A stretch of 64,000 bases of DNA from an uncultured bacterium (lineage in GTDB: Bacteria; Bacillota_I; Bacilli_A; RFN20; CAG-826). Positions 19,739 to 28,611 of this stretch are shown piece by piece. Under the pieces are notes generated by a model. That model was not told the origin of the DNA. It made no database searches and worked only from the letters and a program-made list of their open reading frames with translations. The stretch is taken from the NCBI GenBank assembly GCA_949299165.1, contig CASFZJ010000002.1:4924-68923 (forward strand), read 5' to 3'. Made by a program: the position numbers and the translations under genes. Within the stretch, counting starts at the first letter, position 1; each line of letters opens with the position of its first letter.

Positions 19739-21474
19739 TGTTTATCTCTAAAATTAAGTTTGTTAAGAGCTTGCTCTGTCATGTCGTATGCTGATTTAAA
19801 ATCACCATTTAAATATAATGTTTCAGCTTGTGAAACTATATTGTTGATTTCAGCAAATTTCATTCTATCGCGATTAATAAGCAATATATTTTCACTAGCT
19901 AAATTACGATAGTTATTCAAATCTTGAATTTCTTTAACAAGATTATTTGTTTTATCATTAAGTTCTCTTTGATATTGATTCACTTGATTAACCTCAATTG
20001 GAACTTTGACTAAAAGTTTTGAGATATCATCAATTAAAGCATAACAATCGTCGAAACGATCTTTAAAATAATCTTGATATTTATCGACTTTTAGTTCTCT
20101 TATAATCAATTCGTGTTCTTTTAATTGATCGTATTTTGCTCTTATATTTTTATAAGCAGTTTCACTATCATTTTTTAAAGAAATTAAATAATCGTTGAAC
20201 GAGTTAATACGATTGCTGATTTCTCTTGTGCCATTTTCTAACACTTTTAATTTGTTTAAAAGCTCACTATAAGGATAAGGCTCAATATTACGCATATATT
20301 GATCAAGTTTTCTTTTATCTCTACTAACATCTTCAACTTTGTTACGAATATTCTTTAATTCTTGAGCATGGTCTTCATCAATAACATAAATTTTATTAAA
20401 TCTAGCGATATTGTTATTGATTTTGACAAGTTCTTTATCATAATTTAAGAATTCATTGATGATAATATCTTTCTTTTCATTGAATTCTTTATAAGCAACA
20501 TCTTCTTCTTTAAACTTTTCAAATAAATCATCAATAATTTTATTAATTTCGATAGTTTCTTTTTTAAGATTTGAAATAGCTAAATTCTTAATGTTGCTAC
20601 GTTCTGTTTCAAGCGCATCATTAATTTCACTAATAAGTAGTTCAACATTAAGATGATTTAAAGGTCTTCCTTCTTTAACTAATTTTTCATATTCATCATT
20701 TAAACTTTTAACTTTGGCAGGAATGTTTTCATTCACTTCTTTAGTTAAAGCTGGGATTTCATCAATTAATCTATCGAGTAAATTTAAAACTTTATCAAGT
20801 TCAGGAATAATAGCTTTGGCATCATCATAATTTGCGTTTTCGACTAAATCTTCAAAATCATTAAATTTGCGATCAATTTTTGCAAAAACTTGTTGGAAAG
20901 ATGAAGCAACAAAAACTAATTCGTTTTCATTAAAATTAAATTTAGACTTAACATCACGGAATTTTTCTTTCTCGCTTAGCATCATTTGACGTGCATCTTC
21001 TTCTGGTTTAATGACATTAACTAAATCGTTATTTAAATTATTAACCGCATCTTCATATTGCTTAATGATTGGGGTTTTTTCTTTTAAAAATAATTTAAAT
21101 TCACGGCACTTATTCTCATCTAAAAATGCTTGAAGTTGGAAAATTACATCTTGATATTTTTGGTCAATAGTTTCGCGAATTTCTTTGCTTCTTTTAAAAT
21201 AAGAAGCATGGATATCGCTATATAAAAGATTTGTTCGAGAAATAATTTCAAGTCTTTGGATATATGAATTATCTTGTCCAGTTAATAAAGCATGTAAATA
21301 TTCATATTTCGATTGTAGTGAATCAAGTTGTTTTTGACATTTCTTTCTATTTAAATAAAATTTCGATAATAAAAAGTAAGTTAAAAAACTTAATAATAAA
21401 ACTGCAATTAAAACCGATACAACAACTGCGACTATGACTTCCATAGCCAAACCATCTAAAACAAAAATATTCAT
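19735..21474 (-). CDS. ezrA: Septation ring formation regulator
   Basis: N-terminal TM, long coiled coil, C-terminal INR patch; Bacilli rpsD-ezrA-iscS-thiI synteny. Confidence 0.8.
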   Translation of the reverse strand: MNIFVLDGLAMEVIVAVVVSVLIAVLLLSFLTYFLLSKFYLNRKKCQKQLDSLQSKYEYLHALLTGQDNSYIQRLEIISRTNLLYSDIHASYFKRSKEIRETIDQKYQDVIFQLQAFLDENKCREFKLFLKEKTPIIKQYEDAVNNLNNDLVNVIKPEEDARQMMLSEKEKFRDVKSKFNFNENELVFVASSFQQVFAKIDRKFNDFEDLVENANYDDAKAIIPELDKVLNLLDRLIDEIPALTKEVNENIPAKVKSLNDEYEKLVKEGRPLNHLNVELLISEINDALETERSNIKNLAISNLKKETIEINKIIDDLFEKFKEEDVAYKEFNEKKDIIINEFLNYDKELVKINNNIARFNKIYVIDEDHAQELKNIRNKVEDVSRDKRKLDQYMRNIEPYPYSELLNKLKVLENGTREISNRINSFNDYLISLKNDSETAYKNIRAKYDQLKEHELIIRELKVDKYQDYFKDRFDDCYALIDDISKLLVKVPIEVNQVNQYQRELNDKTNNLVKEIQDLNNYRNLASENILLINRDRMKFAEINNIVSQAETLYLNGDFKSAYDMTEQALNKLNFRDKQ

Positions 21475-21594
21475 AATTATTCCCTTCTAGTATTTTATAC
21501 TAGAAGTTGAGATTTTTCTATATTGACTCATTAATAAAAACAGCCACCAATTTTGAATTGATGACTGCTTAAACTTGCTACATTTAAATTACAA

Positions 21595-22221
21595 CTAGAT
21601 AATTCTGTTGTAGTATTCAACGATTAATGCTTCGTTGATATCTTTAGATAATTCACTTCTTTCAGGTAATCTAAGGAATTTACCTTCTTTCTTTTCCTTA
21701 TCAACTTCTACATAAGGAACTGTAACAGTTGTGTTGTCTAAAGAAGTTTTGATAACAGCGATGTCTTTGCTGTTTTCTTTAATTCCAATTACATCATTTA
21801 CATGGCATAAATATGATGGGATATCAATAGTTCTGCCATTAACAACGATGTGTTTGTGGTTTACGAGTTGGCGAGCTGCTCTTCTTGTTGGAGCAAAACC
21901 AAGTCTGTAAACTAAGTTGTCAAGTCTAGATTCAAGAATTGTCATGAATGCAGTACCAGTAACATCTTTTGACTTACGAGCCATTAAGAACAATCTCCTA
22001 AATTGGCGTTCGTTGACTCCGTAAAGATCTCTTAATTTTTGTTTTTCATTTAATTGTTTTCCGTACTCAGATAATTTTTTCTTTTCAGCACCGTGCATAC
22101 CTGGAGCATAATCTCTATGATCGCCTTTCTTTAAAGTATGACCATTAAATTCTTCTCCAGTTCCTAGTAATGAAAATCCTAATCTTCTAGCACGTTTCCA
22201 TTTAGGTCCTACATAACGCAT
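21595..22221 (-). CDS. rpsD: 30S ribosomal protein S4
   Basis: MRYVGPKWKRARR, SEYGKQLNEKQK, LESRLDN. Confidence 0.98.
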   Translation of the reverse strand: MRYVGPKWKRARRLGFSLLGTGEEFNGHTLKKGDHRDYAPGMHGAEKKKLSEYGKQLNEKQKLRDLYGVNERQFRRLFLMARKSKDVTGTAFMTILESRLDNLVYRLGFAPTRRAARQLVNHKHIVVNGRTIDIPSYLCHVNDVIGIKENSKDIAVIKTSLDNTTVTVPYVEVDKEKKEGKFLRLPERSELSKDINEALIVEYYNRII

Positions 22222-22244
22222 ATTTTAATCTCCTTTGTGTTCTA

Positions 22245-22416
22245 ACGATGTAAAGAAAGATTCATAAATTCCTTTTCTCAGGATGAATTGACTAGAGTTT
22301 CTGTTGTGTAGCTCAACTTACTTCTTTGGAATAATCCTCAATTCATTTGACAGAAAGTATTTACATGCTGCTTTACATGCGCTGTATAAAAGTAATACAA
22401 AATGCAAGAAATGTCA
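22245..22416 (-). promoter_or_regulatory. rpsD promoter and probable S4 autoregulatory leader
   Basis: TTGACA-17-TACTTT; leader closed by ATGTAAAG/CTTTACAT pairing ahead of an AAAGGAG RBS. Confidence 0.6.
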
Positions 22417-22429
22417 AGTTTAACTTGCA

Positions 22430-22580
22430 GTAAAGTTCACGCGGTAGCTCCAACAGCCTTAGAAGCTTTTCTTTCTTAAAGCTCTTAAGTTCTTACTTCA
22501 ACGCCCCACCTATCAATTTAGGTGTTTTGTGAGCTCCATAAGCTTGAATTCCGGGTCAGACCTCCGTACTAAATTTAATC
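22430..22580 (-). ncRNA. omegaRNA-like scaffold downstream of tnpB
   Basis: GTACGG...CCGGAATTCAAGCTTATGGAG...GTTGAAGTAAGAA plus a hairpin, resembling tnpB 3-prime/right-end RNA motifs; homologous copy at 48.7-48.8 kb; boundaries approximate. Confidence 0.7.
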
Positions 22581-22581
22581 T

Positions 22582-23928
22582 TTAATTATGTGGAATTGCA
22601 TCTATTCTTTTATCAAAATTTGCTTGATTAGCAAGATTTTTAAACGAATTAGATACATTTATTGGTTCAACGAAAGAATAATTAATGCCGTTTTTTATAC
22701 AATCAGTAATTATTTTATCTTTCTCCGCAATCGTTAATTTGGACGTTCCAAATCCTATTTTCTTTTTCATATACTTAAATAAATTGCACGCCGCATTAAA
22801 ATCACGATCAATGGCGACGCCGCAATTGTCACATCTATAAATTCTATCATTTAAATCCAAGTTGTTTTTAATAGCACCGCACTTAACACATCTTTTAGAA
22901 CTAGGATAAAATTTTCCTGCTTCAACAAATACTCTGTCCGCTATCGAATTGCATTTGTTTTTAATAAGCACTTTTAAATTATTAAAGCCTATATCATTAT
23001 TTTTTCGAGAAAAAAACTTCTTTTGCATTAAATTATCGATTTCCAAATCTTCCATGCAAATACCATCAAAATTTCTAACTAGAACTGAAGTAACCTTATT
23101 ATTGTAATTCTCTCGTTTATTCAAAGCTTTTAAATAAAATTTCGCTAATTTTTGTTGCATTTTCAAATAATTATTTGATTTTTTATATGTTCCATCCTCT
23201 TGCATAACTAGTGACTTTCTTTGCAATTCCTTGTTTAAATGCTTTAAACGCCTTAAATTTTTATACAAGAATAAAGGAGCATCAATTACTAGTCCGCATG
23301 AAGTAGTAAGTGTATTTTTAAGGCCCAAATCAATTCCAATTGTTTTTCCGTTTCTCAAAAATTTGTAAGAGTGAGTAGCTTCGAAATAAGACTTAGGTAT
23401 TTTGAAAAGCATAGCTACATAATATTTGCCATCTGTTCTTTTAAAAGTGCAGGAAATTAATGTTCCATGAAAACGTAATTTATCCAATATTTTTATTGGT
23501 CCGCTTAACCCACTAAAGTATATGAAGTTTTTAACGCTACTTTCTTTGGCTCTTATAGAAACACTTCCTCCCTTTAAATAGAAAGCATTTGATAAATATT
23601 TTTTCTTAAACTTTAACTTTAGTAAACCGCCTTCTTTAGTTTTTGTTTTAGCGACGCGAACTGCCTTATTAAGATTTTGAAACACTTTATTTTCAAGATT
23701 GATATCAATCCCGTTTAAAAAATCGAATTCTTTTTTCTTTTTTAAATAAATATTTCTGATTAAGTCTCCATTTAACTTTTCTTTTTCCGTTTCACTTGCG
23801 TTATTAAAGTATTCAACTCCAAAGTTATAAATAAATCTCGCTTTCCCAAATAAATTCTCCAAAACTTCAATTTGAGACTTATTAGGATCTAATCTAACTT
23901 TTTGTGCTATATAAATAAATTCTTCCAT
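22582..23928 (-). CDS. tnpB: RNA-guided endonuclease TnpB (IS605/IS607 type), no adjacent transposase
   Basis: N-terminal KVRLDPN...GKARFIYN; RuvC residues GIDLG, MEDL, DRDFNAA; Zn finger CVKCG...CDNCG. Confidence 0.93.
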   Translation of the reverse strand: MEEFIYIAQKVRLDPNKSQIEVLENLFGKARFIYNFGVEYFNNASETEKEKLNGDLIRNIYLKKKKEFDFLNGIDINLENKVFQNLNKAVRVAKTKTKEGGLLKLKFKKKYLSNAFYLKGGSVSIRAKESSVKNFIYFSGLSGPIKILDKLRFHGTLISCTFKRTDGKYYVAMLFKIPKSYFEATHSYKFLRNGKTIGIDLGLKNTLTTSCGLVIDAPLFLYKNLRRLKHLNKELQRKSLVMQEDGTYKKSNNYLKMQQKLAKFYLKALNKRENYNNKVTSVLVRNFDGICMEDLEIDNLMQKKFFSRKNNDIGFNNLKVLIKNKCNSIADRVFVEAGKFYPSSKRCVKCGAIKNNLDLNDRIYRCDNCGVAIDRDFNAACNLFKYMKKKIGFGTSKLTIAEKDKIITDCIKNGINYSFVEPINVSNSFKNLANQANFDKRIDAIPHN

Positions 23929-24181
23929 AATAATTTCACTCCTTTCTAATCAACTAATTTTTTGTTTTTCCTTTCTAAGTCATAATTTCATCCTTTCTAG
24001 TGGTTTAAGTTATTTGGAATTTGATTCTTTTTTCAAAATAACTTTTTACCCCTTTACTAATACAACGGGGATGAAAATCAATTTTGTTAAAAAAATTTTA
24101 AAATTTTTCAAAAAAAGTTTTTTCAGTGTTAAAAAAGGCACAAAATTTCAAAGATTTTTAAGGATATGATAAAATCTTCTT

Positions 24182-25279
24182 ATGGAAAAATTATATTTAA
24201 GCAAAGATAAATCTTTAGTAAATTTAGGAAATTCAATTTTAAAAGCATTTGGAGTTAAACCATTTCACGAAACTTATAATACAGTCGATGAGATTATCAA
24301 AAAATCTAGTAAAGAAAAGATAGCTCTAGTTTTATTTGATGGATTTGGTGTAAACATAGCTGAACACTATAAAGAAAATATCCCTTATATTTATTCACAC
24401 AAAGTTGAAGCATTTAATAGTGTTTATCCTCCAACCACAGTAGCCGCAACCACCGCCTTAACTACCGGCACTTATCCTATTGAAAACGGACACATTGGTT
24501 GGACTCAACATTTTAACGAATATAACGCTGATATATGTGTTTTTTTATCAACTGATAAATTTGATAATAAGAAAATTTATCCAAATGTTTCAAATATATT
24601 AAAACCAAAATTTATTCGGGAATACATCAATGAAACACAAAAATTTAACGCCGCTTCTATCAGTTGTTTTCATTTTAAGAACAAAGATAAAACAGATGAT
24701 TTTGAAACTTTCTTTGAAGAAGCTGATAAAACTATCAAAAATCACGATTTTACTTATGTTTATTCTTCAAACCCAGATCATTTACTTCATGAACTTGGTT
24801 GTTATAACGATACTGTAAAAGAAAATTTGATTTACTTAGAAGGAAAACTTAAAACTTTAATCGAAAACAATAAAGATACGCTCTTTTTGCTTGTTGCTGA
24901 TCATGGATTTAGGGATATTGAAGAAATACCTCTAAACGAGCGCCCTGATTTTTTAGAGACTTTATCCAGAAAATATGTAACCTATGAGCCATCTTTTTCC
25001 GGCTTTTATGTCAAAGATAGTCAAAAGTTTATTGAATTAGCAAACAAGTATTACTCTGATAAGTTTTTTATTTATTCAAAAGAAGAAATTTTAAAAGATC
25101 ATATTCTCGGGTATGGTAAGATGTCTCAATACGTAAAAGAAACTTTACCAGATTTCTTCTTAATTGCTAAAGATAAATATAGTTTTTATGATGGCGAAAA
25201 GCCTGTTGGATTTAAAGGTCACCATGCAGGTGGCACCAAAGAGGAACGCGAAATTTATCTTTACGCTTTTAATAATTAA
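24182..25279 (+). CDS. Alkaline phosphatase superfamily / nucleotide pyrophosphatase
   Basis: LFDGFG, SVYPPTT, PDHLLH, ADHG, GHHAG. Confidence 0.88.
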   Translation: MEKLYLSKDKSLVNLGNSILKAFGVKPFHETYNTVDEIIKKSSKEKIALVLFDGFGVNIAEHYKENIPYIYSHKVEAFNSVYPPTTVAATTALTTGTYPIENGHIGWTQHFNEYNADICVFLSTDKFDNKKIYPNVSNILKPKFIREYINETQKFNAASISCFHFKNKDKTDDFETFFEEADKTIKNHDFTYVYSSNPDHLLHELGCYNDTVKENLIYLEGKLKTLIENNKDTLFLLVADHGFRDIEEIPLNERPDFLETLSRKYVTYEPSFSGFYVKDSQKFIELANKYYSDKFFIYSKEEILKDHILGYGKMSQYVKETLPDFFLIAKDKYSFYDGEKPVGFKGHHAGGTKEEREIYLYAFNN

Positions 25280-26283
25280 GCTTCCTTATTTTCTATATTT
25301 TCAATTTTATTATTTTGAGCGTTTTCGCTCTCTTTTCTTTTACGCATATAACGAACTAAGAAATAAGCAGCTAATGCACAAATCACAAATAATGGAATAC
25401 CTACTCCTAAATCAATAGCCATTTTTGTTGAATCAGTAGGCCAAACATTTAAATACACATTGTTGACATCGGAATTGTAGAAAACAGAAACAACCGAACC
25501 AAATGTTAAACCAGTCATCAAGAAATACATATTCTTGTACCACTTCTTAAAACAAAGTGACATTAACTTACTTAAAAAGAAGAATCCAACAACAAAACCT
25601 AAAACAAATACAAAGAAGAATAAAATCCAAAGTGGTTGATCAATTAAAACACTAAAATGAACAGCGTTCATCATTGGTTTAAAGAAACCAATAGACATAA
25701 GTAATACAGTTGCTGATAATCCAGGTAAAATTTGAGTCAAGGAAACAAGGGCACCAACTAAAAATCCTACAATATGAATCCACCAAGGAAATGTATCAAA
25801 AGTTCCACTAACATCAATTTCTGTAACATTTGCAAATACTGAACTCAAAACAATTGGAAATGCAAAACCAATAATAACTAAAGAGATTCTAATTGGTGTT
25901 AACTTTTCTTTTTTGATAACCTGATAAATTTCCGGCGCAGCGCCTAACATCAATCCACCAAATATACAAACAACAATAAATGTGAATTGTTCAATTACAC
26001 TTTGAACAGCAAAGAAACCCAAAACAAATCCCAATAATCCACCAATTAAAATTGGTAATAAAAACAAGAAGCAGATTTTAAATTTCTTAAAAATATTGCT
26101 GACCGCATAAAGTAATTTATCGTAAAGCTTAAATAAAATCGCAATTGTAGATCCACTAATTCCTGGCAAAATTACAGCTAATCCAATTAAAAACCCTGCA
26201 AAAGCTGACTTAAACCAAGATTTCTTGTTGTGTTTTTCTAACGTCACTTCTTCTTTTTCTTCGATTAGTTCTTTCTCTTCCAT
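25276..26283 (-). CDS. DUF368-family membrane protein (undecaprenyl-phosphate translocase type)
   Basis: Duplicated LPGISGST / LPGLSAT motifs; start moved to ATG 26283 because the track start overlaps the tRNA. Confidence 0.88.
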   Translation of the reverse strand: MEEKELIEEKEEVTLEKHNKKSWFKSAFAGFLIGLAVILPGISGSTIAILFKLYDKLLYAVSNIFKKFKICFLFLLPILIGGLLGFVLGFFAVQSVIEQFTFIVVCIFGGLMLGAAPEIYQVIKKEKLTPIRISLVIIGFAFPIVLSSVFANVTEIDVSGTFDTFPWWIHIVGFLVGALVSLTQILPGLSATVLLMSIGFFKPMMNAVHFSVLIDQPLWILFFFVFVLGFVVGFFFLSKLMSLCFKKWYKNMYFLMTGLTFGSVVSVFYNSDVNNVYLNVWPTDSTKMAIDLGVGIPLFVICALAAYFLVRYMRKRKESENAQNNKIENIENKEA

Positions 26284-26372
26284 AAGTCTCTCCAAACACG
26301 ACTTAATATATACTGAGCCCATAAAAAAGTAAATATATATAATTTTTAAACTTTTGATATAATAGATGTGCT

Positions 26373-26448
26373 GCCGCTTTTGCATAGTTGGTAGTGCAGT
26401 TCATTCGTAATGAAAAGGTCATAGGTTCGAGTCCTATAAGCGGCACCA
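26373..26448 (+). tRNA. tRNA-Thr(CGU)
   Basis: GCCGCTT...TTCA-TTCGTAA-TGAA...GGTTCGAGTCC...AAGCGGCACCA; TATAAT at 26358. Confidence 0.95.
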
Positions 26449-26588
26449 GCTTATAACTAACATTTTGATACAAAGTAAGGGTCTCAAAATGAACGATATT
26501 TGCTCGAGGAATCGAGCTTTTTTACATTTCAAGCGTTTTGCTAGTAGAGAAAAATTGATTTGAATCTACGGATTTTAGAATTTTAGTT

Positions 26589-26645
26589 CTACTAGAAAAA
26601 TGAAAGCCTACTAGCAAAACGTATCTCTACTAGAAAAATGATACC
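26589..26645 (+). repeat. 3 x 19-bp direct repeats, CTACTAG(A/C)AAAA core
   Basis: Units start at 26589, 26608 and 26627; an inverted partial unit lies at 26534-26547. Confidence 0.85.
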
Positions 26646-26738
26646 TGTGTTATGAAAAATAATGTTTGTACAAGTTCAATTTGATTTATTACCAACTATT
26701 TGAGAAAATTACATTGGTAATAAAAGTTGGTAATAAAT

Positions 26739-28142
26739 ATGAATATTAAAGAGTTATTGTCTGAATTATTACAATTTTCAAAAGAAAGAGAATGGTTTGA
26801 ATTTAAAGAAAATTGGTTTGAACCAATTGCACTTGGTGAATATGTTTCTGCACTTTCAAATGCTGCAGCGTTGGTAGGAAAAGAATTTGCTTATTTCGTT
26901 TGGGGTGTTTCCGACAAAGAACATGCCTTGGTAGGTACTGAATTCGACCAATACCAAGATTATAAGAATGAACCATATATCAATTTTCTAAACAGGAATT
27001 TAAACCCAAGAGTCAAAATCGATTTTTTCGAAGATAATATCAATGGCAAGAGAATAGTTGTTTTAAGAATTGAATCTGCCAAAGATATTCCAACAGCATT
27101 TAATAGAGTCAGATATATTCGTATCGGTTCTTCGAAAGACACAATGGAAAAAAATCCAAGAATTGAGAAAGAATTATTTAGAATTTTAGAACATGGATAT
27201 CCAACGATAGTAAATACAAAATCTCAGTATAATGATTTAACTTTTAATAAGCTTTTTATGTATTATGGTTCAAAGGGAATATCGCTGAGAAAAGAAACAT
27301 TCAAGAAAAATTTATGTTTATTAACAAAAGACGGTTCTTATAATATTCTTGCTCAACTCCTTTCTGATAACTCGCACTTACCTCTTAGAGTCTCTATTTT
27401 TGAAGGCACAACCAAGGGATCGAATCTTTATTCGATTAAAGAATTTGGGTTTGACTGTATTCTCTATTCTTTAAAAAACCTTCTCGATTATGGTGATGTT
27501 TTAAATGTCATCCAATCTGATGAAACAAATAGAAAAGAAGAAAGAAAAGAAATCCCTTTGTTCGACATTAAATCTTACAATGAGGCGACAGTGAACGCTG
27601 TCCTTCATAACAAGTGGGTTGAAGGCAATGAACCTATGATTACTGTTTTTTCTGATCGAATTGAAATATTATCGAGAGGAACTATTGCTCCAGCTCAAAC
27701 GCTTGAAGGGTTTTATTTAGGAGAATCAGTACCAGTAAACGAAAAACTTTCCGAGATTTTTGCCCAGTTGAGGATAAGCGATAAATCTGGTAGAGGTGTG
27801 CCAAAAATCGTTGAAACATACAGTAGAAATGCTTTTCAGTTTAGAGATAATTCGATTGTAGTAACAATTCCTTTCAATTCGATTAAAAAAGTTGGTGATA
27901 AAATTGGTAATAACATTGGTGATAAACCTGTTATTACAAGAAAGCATGGATTAAATTTGACTAGAGAAAGAATACTTTCTGAAATGAGACATAATCCTAA
28001 CATTACCAAGTCTGAACTGGTCATTTTAATTGGAATCAGTGATACAGCAATCGATAACAACATTAGATATTTAAGAAATAACGGATATATAAAGCGTATT
28101 GGTGAAAATAAAAATGGTTATTGGGAGGTTATTAAACAATAA
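26739..28142 (+). CDS. AlbA_2 (Schlafen-like) + HATPase_c_4-like + C-terminal winged-HTH protein
   Basis: EWFEFKEN...SALSN...GVSD; EATVNAVLH; GRGV; C-terminal RIGENKNGYWEV. Confidence 0.88.
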   Translation: MNIKELLSELLQFSKEREWFEFKENWFEPIALGEYVSALSNAAALVGKEFAYFVWGVSDKEHALVGTEFDQYQDYKNEPYINFLNRNLNPRVKIDFFEDNINGKRIVVLRIESAKDIPTAFNRVRYIRIGSSKDTMEKNPRIEKELFRILEHGYPTIVNTKSQYNDLTFNKLFMYYGSKGISLRKETFKKNLCLLTKDGSYNILAQLLSDNSHLPLRVSIFEGTTKGSNLYSIKEFGFDCILYSLKNLLDYGDVLNVIQSDETNRKEERKEIPLFDIKSYNEATVNAVLHNKWVEGNEPMITVFSDRIEILSRGTIAPAQTLEGFYLGESVPVNEKLSEIFAQLRISDKSGRGVPKIVETYSRNAFQFRDNSIVVTIPFNSIKKVGDKIGNNIGDKPVITRKHGLNLTRERILSEMRHNPNITKSELVILIGISDTAIDNNIRYLRNNGYIKRIGENKNGYWEVIKQ

Positions 28143-28465
28143 TGTCCAAAATGATTGCATATTGTGGTATAGATTGCAGCAAATGTGATGCTTATATCGC
28201 TACAATTACGAATGATAGTGAGTTAAAGACAAAAACAGCAAAAGATTGGTCTAAACTAAACAGCGCAACAATTCTTTCTAACCACATTAATTGTAACGGA
28301 TGCAGAAAAGACGGTGCAAAAACAATATTTTGTTCAAATTTATGTCCTATAAGAAAATGTGCTATAAAGCATTCTGTTGACAATTGCACTCAATGTAAGA
28401 AATACAATGATTGCGACACTATCCAAACATTTTTAAAAACAAACCATTCTATAATTAATCATTAA
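28142..28465 (+). CDS. Cys-rich DUF3795-like protein
   Basis: AYCGIDCSKC...CNGC...CPIRKC...CTQC. Confidence 0.82.
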   Translation: MSKMIAYCGIDCSKCDAYIATITNDSELKTKTAKDWSKLNSATILSNHINCNGCRKDGAKTIFCSNLCPIRKCAIKHSVDNCTQCKKYNDCDTIQTFLKTNHSIINH

Positions 28466-28486
28466 ATGTTTACTAATACTTTCATC

Positions 28487-28546
28487 GGTATCGTTTTTCT
28501 AGTAAGCGTATCATTTTGCTTTAGGGGTATCGTTTTTTATTAAAGC
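28487..28546 (-). repeat. 3 x 19/20-bp repeats, inverted relative to the 26589 array
   Basis: ggtatcgtttttctagta at 28487 is the reverse complement of tactagaaaaatgatacc with 1 mismatch; further units near 28507 and 28526. Confidence 0.75.
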
Positions 28547-28611
28547 GATAGCACAAAGACACATCTATTATTGATGCGCTTACTCCCGGCACATTTATTC
28601 AAAAGTTAAAA

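Noticed and set aside
21997..22000. AGG or CGA reassignment
   Set aside because: AGG encodes the conserved Arg in S4 ERQFR, and CGA encodes a conserved Arg in PurB SRDR.
22451..22462. 12-nt match CAACAGCCTTAG to the tRNA-Arg trailer (13685-13696) as a TnpB target
   Set aside because: Too short, overlaps the scaffold hairpin, and the guide boundary is unknown.
22582..23928. Nuclease-dead TldR-type repressor
   Set aside because: All three RuvC acidic residues are present.
28575..28595. attR copy of the tRNA-Thr 3-prime end
   Set aside because: Only CGGCAC matches.
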